This document shows positions 49,965 through 61,314 of a DNA stretch of 64,000 nucleotides, piece after piece. The translations under genes and the position numbers were made by a program. The stretch lies in assembly GCA_963696405.1 (NCBI GenBank), contig CAVOJY010000003.1, positions 194,407 through 258,406 of the forward strand. Direction: 5' to 3'. Positions within the stretch are counted from its first letter, which is position 1, and every line of letters starts with the position of its first letter. The DNA comes from an uncultured Chloroflexia bacterium. Its GTDB lineage: Bacteria; Chloroflexota; Limnocylindria; Limnocylindrales; CSP1-4. The notes beneath the pieces were generated by a model. The model had not been told where the DNA came from. It was given only the letters and a program-made list of their open reading frames with translations, and did not search any database.

Positions 49965-51804
49965 ATGTGCCGTCTGCTGACCGGCCGGGCGTTCCGGGTC
50001 TTCGGCGTGCTCCTTGTGGCCGTACTCGTGGGGTACGGGCCGTGGCCGGGGGGCGGCGCACCGTTCGCCGGGACGGCCAATTCCGCCTCCGCGATGAAGT
50101 ACGTGGCGAAGGTCGGGGTTCCGCTGCAGGACACCCAGCTCGACTATCCGAGCGCCGTGGCGAGCGACGGCATGTACCTCTACATCGCCGACACCGGCGA
50201 CGCGCGCATCGTCAAGATTCGCCTGTCCGACATGTCGTTCGTGGACGCGTACAGTGGCTCGGCCGGCCAGTGGTTCGACCCGGAAGCAGGCATGGGCGGA
50301 CTCGCGGTGGATGGCGGGTACCTCTATGTCTCCGACTACTCCCGCATCGTGCGCCTGAGCACGGCGCTGGACGGGTCCGGCTGGAAGACGTACGGCACCT
50401 TCGGCACGGGCGTCGGTCAGTTCGACTACCTCGGGGAGATCTCGGTCGACGGTGGGTTCGTCTACGCTGCAGATCGCGACAACCATCGCGTGGTTCGCCT
50501 GAGCACGGCGCTGGATGGGTCGGGATGGGTCGCCTACGGTTCGCAGGGAGCCGGTGCCGGCCAGTTCGCGTCACTGACGGGCCTGACCGTCGCAGCCGGC
50601 TGGGTGTTCGTGGCCGATCCCGGGAACCACCGCATCGAACGGTTCGCGACGACGCTCGACGGGATGGGCTGGACCGCGCTCGTGAGCGGGCCGGGCCATT
50701 CGTTCGGCCCCGTGGAAGGCCTGGCGTTCGGGGCGGGCGGGCTCTTCGCGGGGCTGGGCACCACGGTCGCGCGCATGAACCCCTCCCTCGACGGGTCCGG
50801 CTGGACGACGTTCGGCAGCTCCGGGACCGGAGCGGGCCAGTTCCGGTACGTGAGCGCCCTGGCTCGCGCCGGCGCCATGGTCTACGTCGCCGACGGTACC
50901 CTCGCCCGGGTGGTGCAGCTGCCGGCGTCGCTCGACGGCTCGTCCTGGGTCACGTATCGGGCGCCCCGCCTATTCGGACAAGAACCAGTTCGGCGCAGCC
51001 TCGGGGCTGGCGAGCGACGGGACCTACGTCTACGTCGCGGACATCGCGTACGTGCCGGATCGTCAAGTTCAAGGCATCCAGCCTCGCCTGGGTGAAGGCA
51101 TACGGCTCGTGTGCCGCGATCGACAACTTCCGGCCCGGGCGATCTCGTGGTGGCGGGCGGGTACCTCTTCGCGACCGCTGTCGACCGCGTCGTTCGCCTG
51201 TCGACGGCCCTCGACGGATCCGGGTGGAAGACCTACGGCGGCTTCGGGACCGGGGTCGGCCAGTTCAAGGGGGCCTCGGGGATCGCCACCGCGAGCGGGT
51301 TTCTCTACGTCGCCGATGCCTACAACGATCGCGTCGTTCGCCTCTCGACCGCCCTCAACGGGTCCGGCTGGAAGACGTACGGGACCAGCGGGACCGGAAC
51401 CGGGCAGTTCAACGGCCCGGCGGGCATCGCGGTGTCCGCCGGCTACGCCTACGTCGCGGACCATTACAACGACCGGGTCGTTCGTCTTAGCACGAAGCTG
51501 GACGGCTCCGGATGGAAGGCGTACGGGAGCCCGGTTCGGGTTCCGGCAAGTTCTCGCGGCCCCTCCGCGATTGCCGTTCTCGGCTCGTTCCTGTTCGTTG
51601 CCGACTCCTGCAACGCCCGCATCGTGAAGCTGAAGGCGCCGTCCCTGGCTGGATCACAGCGGCAGGATCGCGGGGGAGCGGCAACGCGAAGTTCAACGAG
51701 CCGATCGGCATCGAGGTGCGGGACGGATACCTCTATATCGGCGACGCCAGCTGGTGGCCCGGCGATGCAACCATCGGGTCGTGAAGTGGACCACCGGCGG
51801 ATGA
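49965..51804 (+). CDS. NHL-repeat (two six-bladed propellers) protein, about 7 frame breaks
   Basis: N-terminal hydrophobic segment, then about 12 repeats of the type RVVRLSTALDGSGWKTYG-x-GTG-x-GQF...VAD..N.R spread over three frames. Ends ...NHRVVKWTTGG with stop at 51802-51804. Confidence 0.6.
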
Positions 51805-51861
51805 TAGGATGCCCGGCGATCGCCCCGGTCGACCCCCCAGACCGGGGCGATCCTTCGGCCC

Positions 51862-52341
51862 TCAGTAGATCCAGGGGATGAGCTTCCGTCGGCCCTCCCG
51901 GTAGGCGACGTAGCCCGTCACGTGCTCGTCCAGCCAGCGCTCCTCTCGCCGCGACTTCAGGTCGAAGAACGCCCCCAGCACGGCGGCCGTGCCGAGCGCG
52001 GCAGGTGATGCGGCCACGAGCCCCCAGCCCAGCGAGCCGAGGATGATCCCGCCGTAGATGGGGTGGCGGACGAGCCGGTACGCGCCGTGCGCGACGACCG
52101 TGGTGCCATCTTTCGGGCGCGGGAAGGGGGTGAGGTTCTCGCGCAGATCGAGGAGCCCGCGGAGGGCCAGGACGAAGCCGCCGACGATCAGTGCGGCACC
52201 CGCGACCGTCGTGACGAGTCGGGCTGCGCCCGTCCAGGCGGGTCCGAGCGAACTCGCGAGCACGAGCAGGCCGAGGAGAACGAACTGGATGAGGACCCAG
52301 CCCTCCCCGCGCGGCCCCAGGTCGGGGAGGCGGGACGTCAC
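51862..52341 (-). CDS. isoprenylcysteine carboxyl / phospholipid methyltransferase family membrane protein
   Basis: Four hydrophobic segments, YRLVRHPIYGG and the C-terminal EERWL motif. Confidence 0.65.
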   Translation of the reverse strand: MTSRLPDLGPRGEGWVLIQFVLLGLLVLASSLGPAWTGAARLVTTVAGAALIVGGFVLALRGLLDLRENLTPFPRPKDGTTVVAHGAYRLVRHPIYGGIILGSLGWGLVAASPAALGTAAVLGAFFDLKSRREERWLDEHVTGYVAYREGRRKLIPWIY

Positions 52342-52462
52342 CGGCTATCCAGGGCGGACGGAGCCGGCAGCGGTGGGGTCATGGCGCGACACCCTACCGC
52401 GGGCGAGGCGTTCCTGCTTGCCCTGCGTGCACGCCGGGGCGGACCGCGGCATCCTCTACGGG

Positions 52463-53432
52463 ATGCCCGGCCGCCGATCTCCGTCCGACCCGCGGCCCCC
52501 GCGAGGTCTCAAGCCTGACGATGCGGCCGCCTTCTGCTGCGCGCTCCTGCGCTGGTTTGAGGCCAACGGACGCGACCTGGCCTTCCGGCGGACGGCCGAC
52601 CCATACGCGATCCTCGTCTCCGAGGTGATGCTCCAGCAGACGCAGATCGGGCGGATCGAGCCAGCCTGGCGAGCGTTCCTCGAGCGCTTCCCGACCGTCG
52701 ACGCGCTCGCCGGGGCGGCGCCGGCCGACGTCCTGCGCCAGTGGGGCGGCCTGGGGTACAACCGGCGGGCGGTGAACCTGCACCGGGCGGCCCGGGTGAT
52801 CGTCGCGGAACACAACGGCCGGATACCGGCCCGCGTCGAGGAGCTTGAGCGCCTGCCGGGATCGGGCCGTACACCGCCCGGGCGGTTGCCGCGATTGCGT
52901 TCGGCGTCCCCGTCGCCCCGATCGACACGAACGTGCGCCGGGTCCTCGGCCGCGTCCTCGCCGGGGCTGGGGCGCCGGGCGATCCCGGGAACCCACTGTC
53001 CGACCGGGAGTTGCAGGCGCTCGCAGACGGGCTGGTCGACCGGGAGCGGCCCGCGGCCTGGACCCATGCGGTGATGGACCTGGGATCGGCGGTGTGCCGG
53101 CGATCGCTCCCGGCGTGCGCCGCCTGTCCGCTCCGGCCGTGGTGCGAGTACCCGCGGCTGGCGGCGGCGCCGTCACGGGCAGGAGCCGCGGGCAGGACTC
53201 CTCTCGCGCGGGCTCCTCGCGCCCAGGCGTCCCGTTCGAGCAGACGAGTCGCTGGCTGCGCGGCCGGATCGTTGCCAGCCTGCGAGACGCGGAACCGGGC
53301 GCCTGGGTGAGGCCGCCGAGGCGACTGGGCGCTCACGACGGCCCGGCGGTCGACCGTGCGGTCGCCGCGCTCGAACGCGACGGCCTCCTCGAGCGGGATG
53401 GCTCCGGGCGGGCCAGGCTCCCGATCGAATAG
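52463..53432 (+). CDS. mutY: A/G-specific adenine glycosylase (HhH-GPD, 4Fe-4S), 2 frame breaks (about 52859 and 53230)
   Basis: PYAILVSEVMLQQTQ, GLGYNRRA, LPG-IGPYTARAVAAIAFG (needs one more G in the run at 52858-52860) and CRRSLPACAACPLRPWC. Confidence 0.7.
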
Positions 53433-53514
53433 GAGCGGGTTCAGGCTGCGCTGTCGGCCCCGGGTGCACCGCCCTCGAATGCACCGGACTCGTCCATGGG
53501 GCATCATCGCGCCC

Positions 53515-56335
53515 ATGCGCCAGCAGAACCCCGCGATCCGCGCCGAGCCCCGCGGCATCGGCACCGCCGCCGCTCGAGACCCCCTCCGCCGCGAGGTCCG
53601 GCTCCTCGGGGCGCTCCTCGGGCAGGTCCTCGTCGAGCAGGAGGGCCGTGACTTCCTCGACCTGGTCGAGCAGGTGCGCCTCGCGACGATCGCACTGCGG
53701 CGGGGTGGCGATCCAGCACTCCGCGACGAGCTGGTGACCCGGCTCGACCTGCTCGACCCCGAGCGACTCGAGCTGCTCGCCCGTGCCTTCACCGTCTACT
53801 TCCTCCTCGTCAACCTCGCCGAGGAGAAGAGCCACGTGCGGGCGATCCGTCGCGAGGAGCGGACGGCCGCACGCGGCGTCGCCCGCGAGAGCGTGGCAGC
53901 CGCCATCGAGTCGCTCGTGGTCTCCGGGCTGGCCGCGGAGGACGTGACGGGCCTGGTCGCGCGGCTCTCCATCCACCCCGTCCTCACCGCACACCCGACG
54001 GAGGCCCGGCGCCGCACCCTGCTCGTCGCCCTGCGGCGGATCTACGAGCTCGTCGATCGCCTTGACGATCCCCGACTCACCCCGCGCGAGGACGCCGGGC
54101 TTCGACGCCGCCTGCGCGAGGAGATCACCCTTCTCTGGCAGACCGCCCACGTACGCGCCCGGCGGCCGACGCCGCTCGACGAGGTCAGGTCGGCGATGGG
54201 GTTCTTCGACACCACGCTCTTCCAACTCGTGCCGGCGCTCTATGGCTCCGTGGACGGGGCACTCGACCGCCTGGACGACTCCCCGCGCTCGACGTCGGGT
54301 CGGGCATCAGCCCGGGCCGCCGCCTCGGACTCGGGTCGATCCGGCACCCGCCCGCCCCTCGTCCCGGCCTTCCTGCGCTGGGGCTCCTGGATCGGCGGCG
54401 ATCGTGACGGCAACCCGAACGTCACCGCGGACGCGAGCCGGAACGTCCTGCGGATCCATGCGGACCACGTCATCCGGGGCTACGAGCACGTCGCAGAGCG
54501 CCTGCGCCAGACGGTCGCCGTGTCGGAGGCGCACGCCCCCGTTCCCCCCGCGCTGGAGGCGTGGCTCGGGCGCGAGGCCGGTCGCCACGAGCCGACGGCA
54601 CGCGATGTCCGCCGCCGGTACCCCGGGGAGCCGTACAGGCAGGCCTTCGCCTACGTCGAAGCCACTCTTCGGCGCACCAGGGAGCGACTCACAGGCACCG
54701 GGCCAGGCGGGGATGGCGAGCCCGGGTTCGTCACCGCGGATGATCTGCTGCGGGTGCTCCGCTCACTGCAGGGGGCGCTGGTCGACGGGGGAGCCGCCCG
54801 GGTCGCCTGGGGGGAGCTGCAGGACCTGGTCTGGCAGGTGGAGACGTTCGGCTTCCACCTGGCGAGCCTCGAGATCCGGCAGCACGCAGCAGTCCACCGG
54901 GCGGCCCTCGCCGTGCTGCGGGACGACCAGGGCGCGGGCGATCCGGACACACTGCCGCCCCTTGGCGACGTGAGCACCCACGAGGTGCTGGCCACGTTCC
55001 GCGCCATCGCCGGCGCTCAGCGCGAATTCGGCACTGGGGCGTGCCAAAGGTACGTCATCAGCTTCGCCCGCTCGGCCGGGGACGTGCTCGACGTGCTCGC
55101 GCTGGCCGGCCTTGCCGATGCATCGGGCTCACTGGCGGACGCCCTCGACGTCGTCCCGCTCTTCGAGTCGATCGAGGCCCTCCGCGGCTCGGGCGAGGTG
55201 ATGCGCGGCCTGGTCGACGATCCAGGTTATCGCCGGCACCTGGCAGCGCGCGGGGATCGCCAGGAGGTCATGCTCGGCTACTCCGATTCGAACAAGGAAT
55301 CGGGGTTCCTGGCCGCCGCGTGGGCGCTCTACGGGGCACAGGAGCAGCTGGTCGAGGTGGCTGGCCGCGCGGGAGTCGAGCTCACGCTCTTCCACGGGCG
55401 GGGCGGGGCCATCGGGCGGGGAGGCGGCCCCACCAACCGCGCCATCCTCGCCCAGGCGCCGGGCTCTGTCGACGGGCGCCTCAAGCTCACCGAGCAGGGC
55501 GAGGTCATCGCCGCCCACTACAGCAACCCGGCGCTCGCCCTGCGCCAGCTCGAGCAGGTGACGAGCGCCGTTCTGAGCGCGTCCGCCCCGGGCCACGACG
55601 AGCGCATCGCGGCCGCCGCAGGTCGGTGGCGACGAGCCATGGACGAGCTGGCCGCCCGTGCCAGCGAAGCGTACCGGGCCCTCGTGTGGGAGGAGCCCGG
55701 GTTCGCGGCGTTCTTCCACGCGGCGACCCCGATCGACGAGATCTCCGCACTCAACCTCGGCTCGCGACCGGCGTGGCGAGGAGGCGGCACGCCCGCCGGG
55801 ATCGCGACGCTTCGCGCCATACCCTGGGTCTTCGCCTGGTCGCAGAGCCGCGTGAGCCTGCCGGGCTGGTACGGGCTGGGATCGGCGCTCGCGGCCTACC
55901 GGAGCAGTCACCGGGCGGGGAGCGCGGACCTCGCCGCCATGTACCGGGGATGGCCGTTCTTCGCATCGACGCTCGACAACGCCGAGATGATCCTGGCGAA
56001 GGCAGACATGGGCGTGGCGCGCATGTACTGCGCGCTGGCCGCCGCCGTGCCCGGTGCAGCCCGGCTCTGGGCGATGATCGAGGAAGAATACGAGAGAAGC
56101 GTGTCGCGAGCTGCTCGCCGTGACAGGCCGGACGCGGCTCCTCGACGGGACGCCGAACCTCCAGCGGAGCATCGAGCTGCGAAACCCGTACATCGACTCC
56201 CTGAGCGAGATCCAGGTCCGGGTGCTGGCGCGCCTGCGGGCGCTGCCGCCTGGTCACCCGGACCGCGAGGGGCTCCTCCGGCTCGTCCACGAGACGGTGA
56301 GTGGGATCGCGGCGGGACTCCAGAACACCGGGTGA
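53515..56335 (+). CDS. ppc: phosphoenolpyruvate carboxylase, frame broken by an extra T at about 56104
   Basis: TAHPTE, VMLGYSDSNKESG and FHGRGGAIGRGGGP. The canonical C-terminus LRNPYIDSL...GLQNTG is in the +1 frame. Confidence 0.85.
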
Positions 56336-56359
56336 GCGTGCGGCGTTAGTCTTACGGCC

Positions 56360-57174
56360 ATGTCTTCGGCCATTCCTTCAGCGTCCTCGCCAGAGCACAT
56401 CCCCCTGCCCGCGGACGACGCGGTGCTCCGTGAGGGCGGGCTCGACGTCGAGGGACTGGCGCGACGCTGGGCTTCCTTCAAGGCCCGACCGGTGATGACC
56501 GCCGAGGAGATGCGCGGCGCCGACCGGCGCGCCCAACTCGAGGGCGTGTCCGGGCGGCAGCTCATGGAGCAGGCCGGGGCGGCGGTCGCCGCAGGGGCGC
56601 GGGCGCTTCTCGAGACCACCGGCCGCTGGGGGAGCGGGCCGGTCCTCGTCCTCGCCGGCTCCGGCAACAACGGCGGTGACGGCAGCGTCGCGGCGCGGTA
56701 CCTGGCGCAGGCCGGGGCGCGCGTGGCGGTCGTGCTCGTCGCCACCGAGGCGCGACCGACGACGCCCGACGGGGCGTGGGCCTGGGACGCCCTCGGGGGC
56801 ATCGGGGGCGTCGAGCGGATTCATGCCGCGCACGCGCGCGACGTCAAAGTGCTCGCCCAGGGGGTCGAGAAGGCCGCGCTGGTGGTCGACGCGCTGCTTG
56901 GGACCGGGGTTCGCGGCGAGCTGCGCGAGCCGGTGCGGAGCGCGGTTGAACTGGCGGTCCGGGCGCGAGCGCACCGGGTGCCCGTGCTTGCGGTGGACAC
57001 GCCAACGGCACTCGACCTGTCGAGTGGCGACCCGTCCGACCCGGTGGTACGGGCCGACGTGACCGTGACATTCCACCGGCCGAAAGCGGGGCTTCGGTCG
57101 CGCGCCGGGCGCGCCTGCGCCGGGCGGGTGCTCGTGGCGCCAATCGGGATCCCCCCGGAGCCGACCCGTTCTGA
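56360..57174 (+). CDS. nnrE: NAD(P)H-hydrate epimerase (YjeF N-terminal domain only); 3' end uncertain
   Basis: LAGSGNNGGDG and DALLGTG motifs. In frame there is no stop until 57748, antisense to all of plsY. A -1 shift at the C6 run (57151-57156) gives ...IGIPPGADPF-stop at 57172-57174. Confidence 0.6.
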
Positions 57175-57175
57175 G

Positions 57176-57802
57176 TCAGCCCCGCTCGCGCTCGGAGAAC
57201 GAGAACCGGCGCTCCTGCCCGTGGAGCAGCCGGTCGATGTTGTCGGCGTGGGCGATCCAGACGAAGGCGACCCCGACGGCGGCGTAGAGGGCGAAGGCGA
57301 GCGGCGTGAGCCCGGCGACGACGCCGACGATGACGACGAGCCCGGCCGCGGCTGCGCCGAGGAGCGAGCCGAGCGAGACGTAGCGCGTGACAGCGACGAC
57401 GATGAGGAACACGGGCGCCGCGAGGAGCACGGCGACGGGCACGATGACGAGCGACGCCCCGAACCCGCATGCGACGCCGCGTCCGCCGCGGAAGCCGAGG
57501 AAGACCGACCGCCACGCCCCGAGCACGGCGGCCAGGCCGACGAGCACCACCACGAGGTCGGCCGCCCCGATGAGCCGCGCGACGAGCGCGGGAACCGCGC
57601 CCTTGGCGACATCAAGGAGGCCGACGAGAACACCCCGGACCGGGCCCATGGCACGGAAGGCGTTCGTGCCGCCGGTCCTGCCGCTGCCCACGGTGCGCGG
57701 GTCGCGTCCGCCGGTCAGGCGCGCCACGATCACCCCCATCGGGAGTGAGCCCACCAGGTACGCGCCGACGATGAGCGCGGCGTCACGCCAGAAGGTGTCC
57801 AC
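57176..57802 (-). CDS. plsY: glycerol-3-phosphate acyltransferase PlsY
   Basis: YLVGSLPMGVIVARL...GSGRTGGTNAFR and FRGGRGVA motifs. Confidence 0.85.
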   Translation of the reverse strand: MDTFWRDAALIVGAYLVGSLPMGVIVARLTGGRDPRTVGSGRTGGTNAFRAMGPVRGVLVGLLDVAKGAVPALVARLIGAADLVVVLVGLAAVLGAWRSVFLGFRGGRGVACGFGASLVIVPVAVLLAAPVFLIVVAVTRYVSLGSLLGAAAAGLVVIVGVVAGLTPLAFALYAAVGVAFVWIAHADNIDRLLHGQERRFSFSERERG

Positions 57803-57868
57803 CGCCGGAGTGTAGCCGCCGCGGTGTGGTTCGAGCGACGGAACCGTCGGGCTGCGGGCTGCGCCCCC

Positions 57869-59674
57869 TCACTGCTTTGTCGGCTCGGTGCCCCCATCGG
57901 CGCCGCCGGAGTCCGCCGCCGCGCTCTCGGTGCCGCCGGAAGGCGCGCCGGCGCTCTCCGCGTCGGCGCCTGCGCCGCGGGCCCGTCTCCTGGCGCGGCG
58001 GCCGGGCTTCTTCCCGGTTTCGCCGTCGGTCGCGGCGGGGCTCCCAGCCTCTCCTTCGTCGGCGGGTGCCGCCGGGGCTGGCGCGGCCGCGGCGGGCGCC
58101 TCGTCCCGGGTGCCTCGGTGAGGCAAGGCCACCCGCGGCCAGGCGATGCGGGGCCGGGCGACGCGTGGCCGCCACCCGCTCATCCAGAGCACGGCCAGCG
58201 CGTCGGCGGCGAGCACCACGAGGCAGAAGAGGACGACCGTCGGGCCCATGCGCGAATCCCGCGCGCCCAGGAGGGCCGCAAGCAGTGCCAGCAGCAGGAC
58301 GGCGCCGAGGACGAGCCCGGCCACGGGGAGGACGAGGTGCGCCGCGATCAGACCGACTGTTCTCTTGCGGCCCCGGAGCCCGAGGAGCGCGGCCGCGTTG
58401 ACCGCGAGGTAGACCGTGAAGACAAGGAGCGCCGCCACGCCCGCCCACCAGGCCACGGTCGCCAGCGTGCCATCGTCCCCGACGATCGTGTCAGGGAGCG
58501 AGAACGGCCAGGCCAGCGCAGCGACGAGCGTGACGAGGGCGAGCACGCGCGTGCGAGCATGACGGCTCAGCAGCCGCCAGGTCGTGCGCTCCGGCCTTGA
58601 CACCGGCGATGGGGCCGGCCACCCGGCTCGTCGCAGAGCGCCGATCGTGCGGTCGGCCCCGGCCATCGCGGCAACCAGGAGGCCGAGCGCAGCAGCCGGA
58701 GCGGCCAGCACCAGGAGGACATCGCCTTCTCCCCAGAACACCCGCGCAACGGGTAGCAGCCCGGCCATGCCGGCTTCCGCGGGCAGCGTCCAGATGACCG
58801 TCCCGGGGGTCGGTCCGGTGTTCGCCAGCGCCCAGGCGCCCAGGAAGAGGAAGAGGGCCGTACCCACGAGGGCGACGACGGGCGCCAGGGCCGGCGGGAG
58901 CGGTCGCCGCGTGCGATGCCCGGGGACGGCACCGCCGGGCCCCTCGGAACCCGAGAACCGCACCGATCCCTGCCAGGCGACCACGGACGCCAGCTCGAAG
59001 CCCGCAAGGCTGATCGCACCGAGCACGACTGCCGCGCCTCCGAGCTCGCCGCCGATCGCCGGGTCGAGCGGCCCGGAGGTCAGGCGGCCTGCGGTTCCCT
59101 GCACGCCGAGGATCGTCACGATCAGCGCACCGCCCACCACCACCTGGGCCCAGAGCGCCGCGACGGAGACCGCGATCCATCGCGCGGCCCGGCCCTCGAA
59201 CAACAGGACGGCGAGTGCCGCCCCGCCTGCGGCCCCGGCGGCGTAGGGCACGTACCCGCTCGCGGGAAGCCCGGCGTAGGACAGGAGCGCACCGACGGAG
59301 AGCCCGAAGAGCGCCGTGCCGAGGACGGCGGCTGCGATGTAGGCCGCGGCGAGCAGCCAGCCCGCCCGCGCGCCGGCGGCCGGTGACAGGACCGCGGCAA
59401 GCCAGGCCATGACGGTCCCGGCCGACGGCATCTCCCGGGACAGGACGGCGAGGACCGCGGCCGTGGGCAGCAGCAGGAGGGCCGCAGCGAGGATCGCGAC
59501 CGGACCAACGGATCCTGTCGACCAGGCCGAGCCCCCCGCGACGAGCGCGAGCCCGATCCCGGGGGCGACCAGTGCACCGGCGATGGCAGCGCCGCCCGCC
59601 AGCCCGACGGAGGCGTCTTCTGGGGATCGCGCGGACCCGGGCCAGAACTCAGTGCCCGGCGACTCCTGGCTCAC
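57869..59674 (-). CDS. polytopic membrane protein, possibly APC-superfamily transporter, with charged A/G/E-rich tail
   Basis: GTG start after GGAGGGA. At least 12 hydrophobic segments. Weak family assignment. Confidence 0.4.
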   Translation of the reverse strand: MSQESPGTEFWPGSARSPEDASVGLAGGAAIAGALVAPGIGLALVAGGSAWSTGSVGPVAILAAALLLLPTAAVLAVLSREMPSAGTVMAWLAAVLSPAAGARAGWLLAAAYIAAAVLGTALFGLSVGALLSYAGLPASGYVPYAAGAAGGAALAVLLFEGRAARWIAVSVAALWAQVVVGGALIVTILGVQGTAGRLTSGPLDPAIGGELGGAAVVLGAISLAGFELASVVAWQGSVRFSGSEGPGGAVPGHRTRRPLPPALAPVVALVGTALFLFLGAWALANTGPTPGTVIWTLPAEAGMAGLLPVARVFWGEGDVLLVLAAPAAALGLLVAAMAGADRTIGALRRAGWPAPSPVSRPERTTWRLLSRHARTRVLALVTLVAALAWPFSLPDTIVGDDGTLATVAWWAGVAALLVFTVYLAVNAAALLGLRGRKRTVGLIAAHLVLPVAGLVLGAVLLLALLAALLGARDSRMGPTVVLFCLVVLAADALAVLWMSGWRPRVARPRIAWPRVALPHRGTRDEAPAAAAPAPAAPADEGEAGSPAATDGETGKKPGRRARRRARGAGADAESAGAPSGGTESAAADSGGADGGTEPTKQ

Positions 59675-59834
59675 CCGCGTCCCTCCGTGGCCCGTGCACA
59701 CGCACTCTTGCGGCGTCGGCAACAGTCTATGCGCTGCTGGTGGCACCGATTCGGACGGGCAGGTACCATCGAACCGGTGCGCATGGCGTCCCGCGCGCCC
59801 TGGTCCCCGAACCCCCCTGCAGCGTGGTGTGAAC

Positions 59835-61268
59835 GTGGCTCTCGACTCCCCGACCGACTTCGATCTCGTCGTCCTCGGCAGCGGAACCGGCGGCTACTCG
59901 GCTGCCTTCCGCGCAGGCCAGGTCGGGCTGCGCACCGCCCTGGTGGAGCAGGCGGTCATCGGCGGGACGTGCCTCAACTGGGGCTGCATCCCAACCAAGG
60001 CCATGCTCGAGTCGGCCGACCTGTTCGCGAAGGTCAAGGAGAGCGAGAAGTTCGGCATCCGCATCGCCGAGCACTCCGTGGACTACGGCGTCATCGCCGC
60101 CCGGCGCCGCCAGGTCGTGGAGCGGCTGACGAAGGGGCTCATGGGCCTGGTCGCGAAGAACAGGGTCGAGTGGGTCCACGGGCACGGCGTCCTCGAGAAC
60201 CCGGGAACCGTTCGGATCGATCTCCTCGCCCAGGACGGCACGCCCACCGGCGAGGTGCGGCTCCTGCGGGCGAAGGACATCATCGTGGCGACGGGAAGCC
60301 GCGTGAAGAGCCTGCCGGGCCTCGTGCCGGACGGCGAGCGGATCGTCACCAGCGATGACGTCCTGCAGAGCACGACGCTGCCGGGCAGCATCATCGTCGT
60401 CGGCGCGGGGGCCGTGGGCGTCGAGTTCGCCTCCTTCTACCGGGACATGGGCTGCGAGGTGACTCTCCTCGAATACCTCCCGACGGTCACGCCCCTCGAG
60501 GACGCGGAGGTTGCCCAGGTGGTGCACCGGGTGTTCCAGCGCCGCGGCGTCAAGATCATCACGAACGCCCGCTTCGATACCGCCGGTGTGGTTGCCGACG
60601 AGTCCGGTGTGCGGGTGCTGGTGGGGCCGGAGGGGCAGGCGCCTACGGAGATCCGGGCGGACCAGATGCTCGTTGCCACCGGCCGCGCCGCGAACGTCGA
60701 GGGCATCGGCCTGGAGAAGACCCGCGCCGTGGTGGACCGGGGGATCGTTGCGGTCGACGAGCACATGCAGACGGCGGAACCGCACGTCTACGCCATCGGC
60801 GACATCATCGGCGGGCTCTGGCTTGCGCACGTGGCGGCGCACGAAGGCCTGCACGCCGTGGCCAGGATCGCGGGGGAGCACTCCGAGCCGGTGGACTATC
60901 TCAAGATGCCGCGGGCGACCTACTGCCGCCCGCAGGTCGCCTCGATCGGGCGGTCCGAGCAGGAGCTCCAGCGGGACGGCGTTGCCTACAAGGCGGGCAA
61001 GTTCAACTTCATCGCGAACGGCAAGGCCCTCATCGCGGGCGAGACCGACGGGTTCGTGAAGGTCCTCGCCGACGCGAGCACCGACGCCATCCTCGGCGTG
61101 CACATGGTCGGCCCCCACGTCACGGACCTCGTCGCAGAAGCGAGCACGGCCATGTTCCTCGAGGGGACGGCCGGGGAGCTGGGGTCGGCCGTCCACGCGC
61201 ACCCGACCCTCTCCGAGATCGTCGGCGAGGCGGCGCTCGCGGTGGCGGGCCGCCAGATCAACGCCTAA
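59835..61268 (+). CDS. lpdA: dihydrolipoyl dehydrogenase (E3)
   Basis: DLVVLGSGTGGY, the GGTCLNWGCIPTK redox disulfide, and HAHPTLSE. Confidence 0.9.
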   Translation: MALDSPTDFDLVVLGSGTGGYSAAFRAGQVGLRTALVEQAVIGGTCLNWGCIPTKAMLESADLFAKVKESEKFGIRIAEHSVDYGVIAARRRQVVERLTKGLMGLVAKNRVEWVHGHGVLENPGTVRIDLLAQDGTPTGEVRLLRAKDIIVATGSRVKSLPGLVPDGERIVTSDDVLQSTTLPGSIIVVGAGAVGVEFASFYRDMGCEVTLLEYLPTVTPLEDAEVAQVVHRVFQRRGVKIITNARFDTAGVVADESGVRVLVGPEGQAPTEIRADQMLVATGRAANVEGIGLEKTRAVVDRGIVAVDEHMQTAEPHVYAIGDIIGGLWLAHVAAHEGLHAVARIAGEHSEPVDYLKMPRATYCRPQVASIGRSEQELQRDGVAYKAGKFNFIANGKALIAGETDGFVKVLADASTDAILGVHMVGPHVTDLVAEASTAMFLEGTAGELGSAVHAHPTLSEIVGEAALAVAGRQINA

Positions 61269-61314
61269 CGTCGCCGCGGGAGTCGTGGCCGGGAACCGGC
61301 AGGAGACGAGCGAG

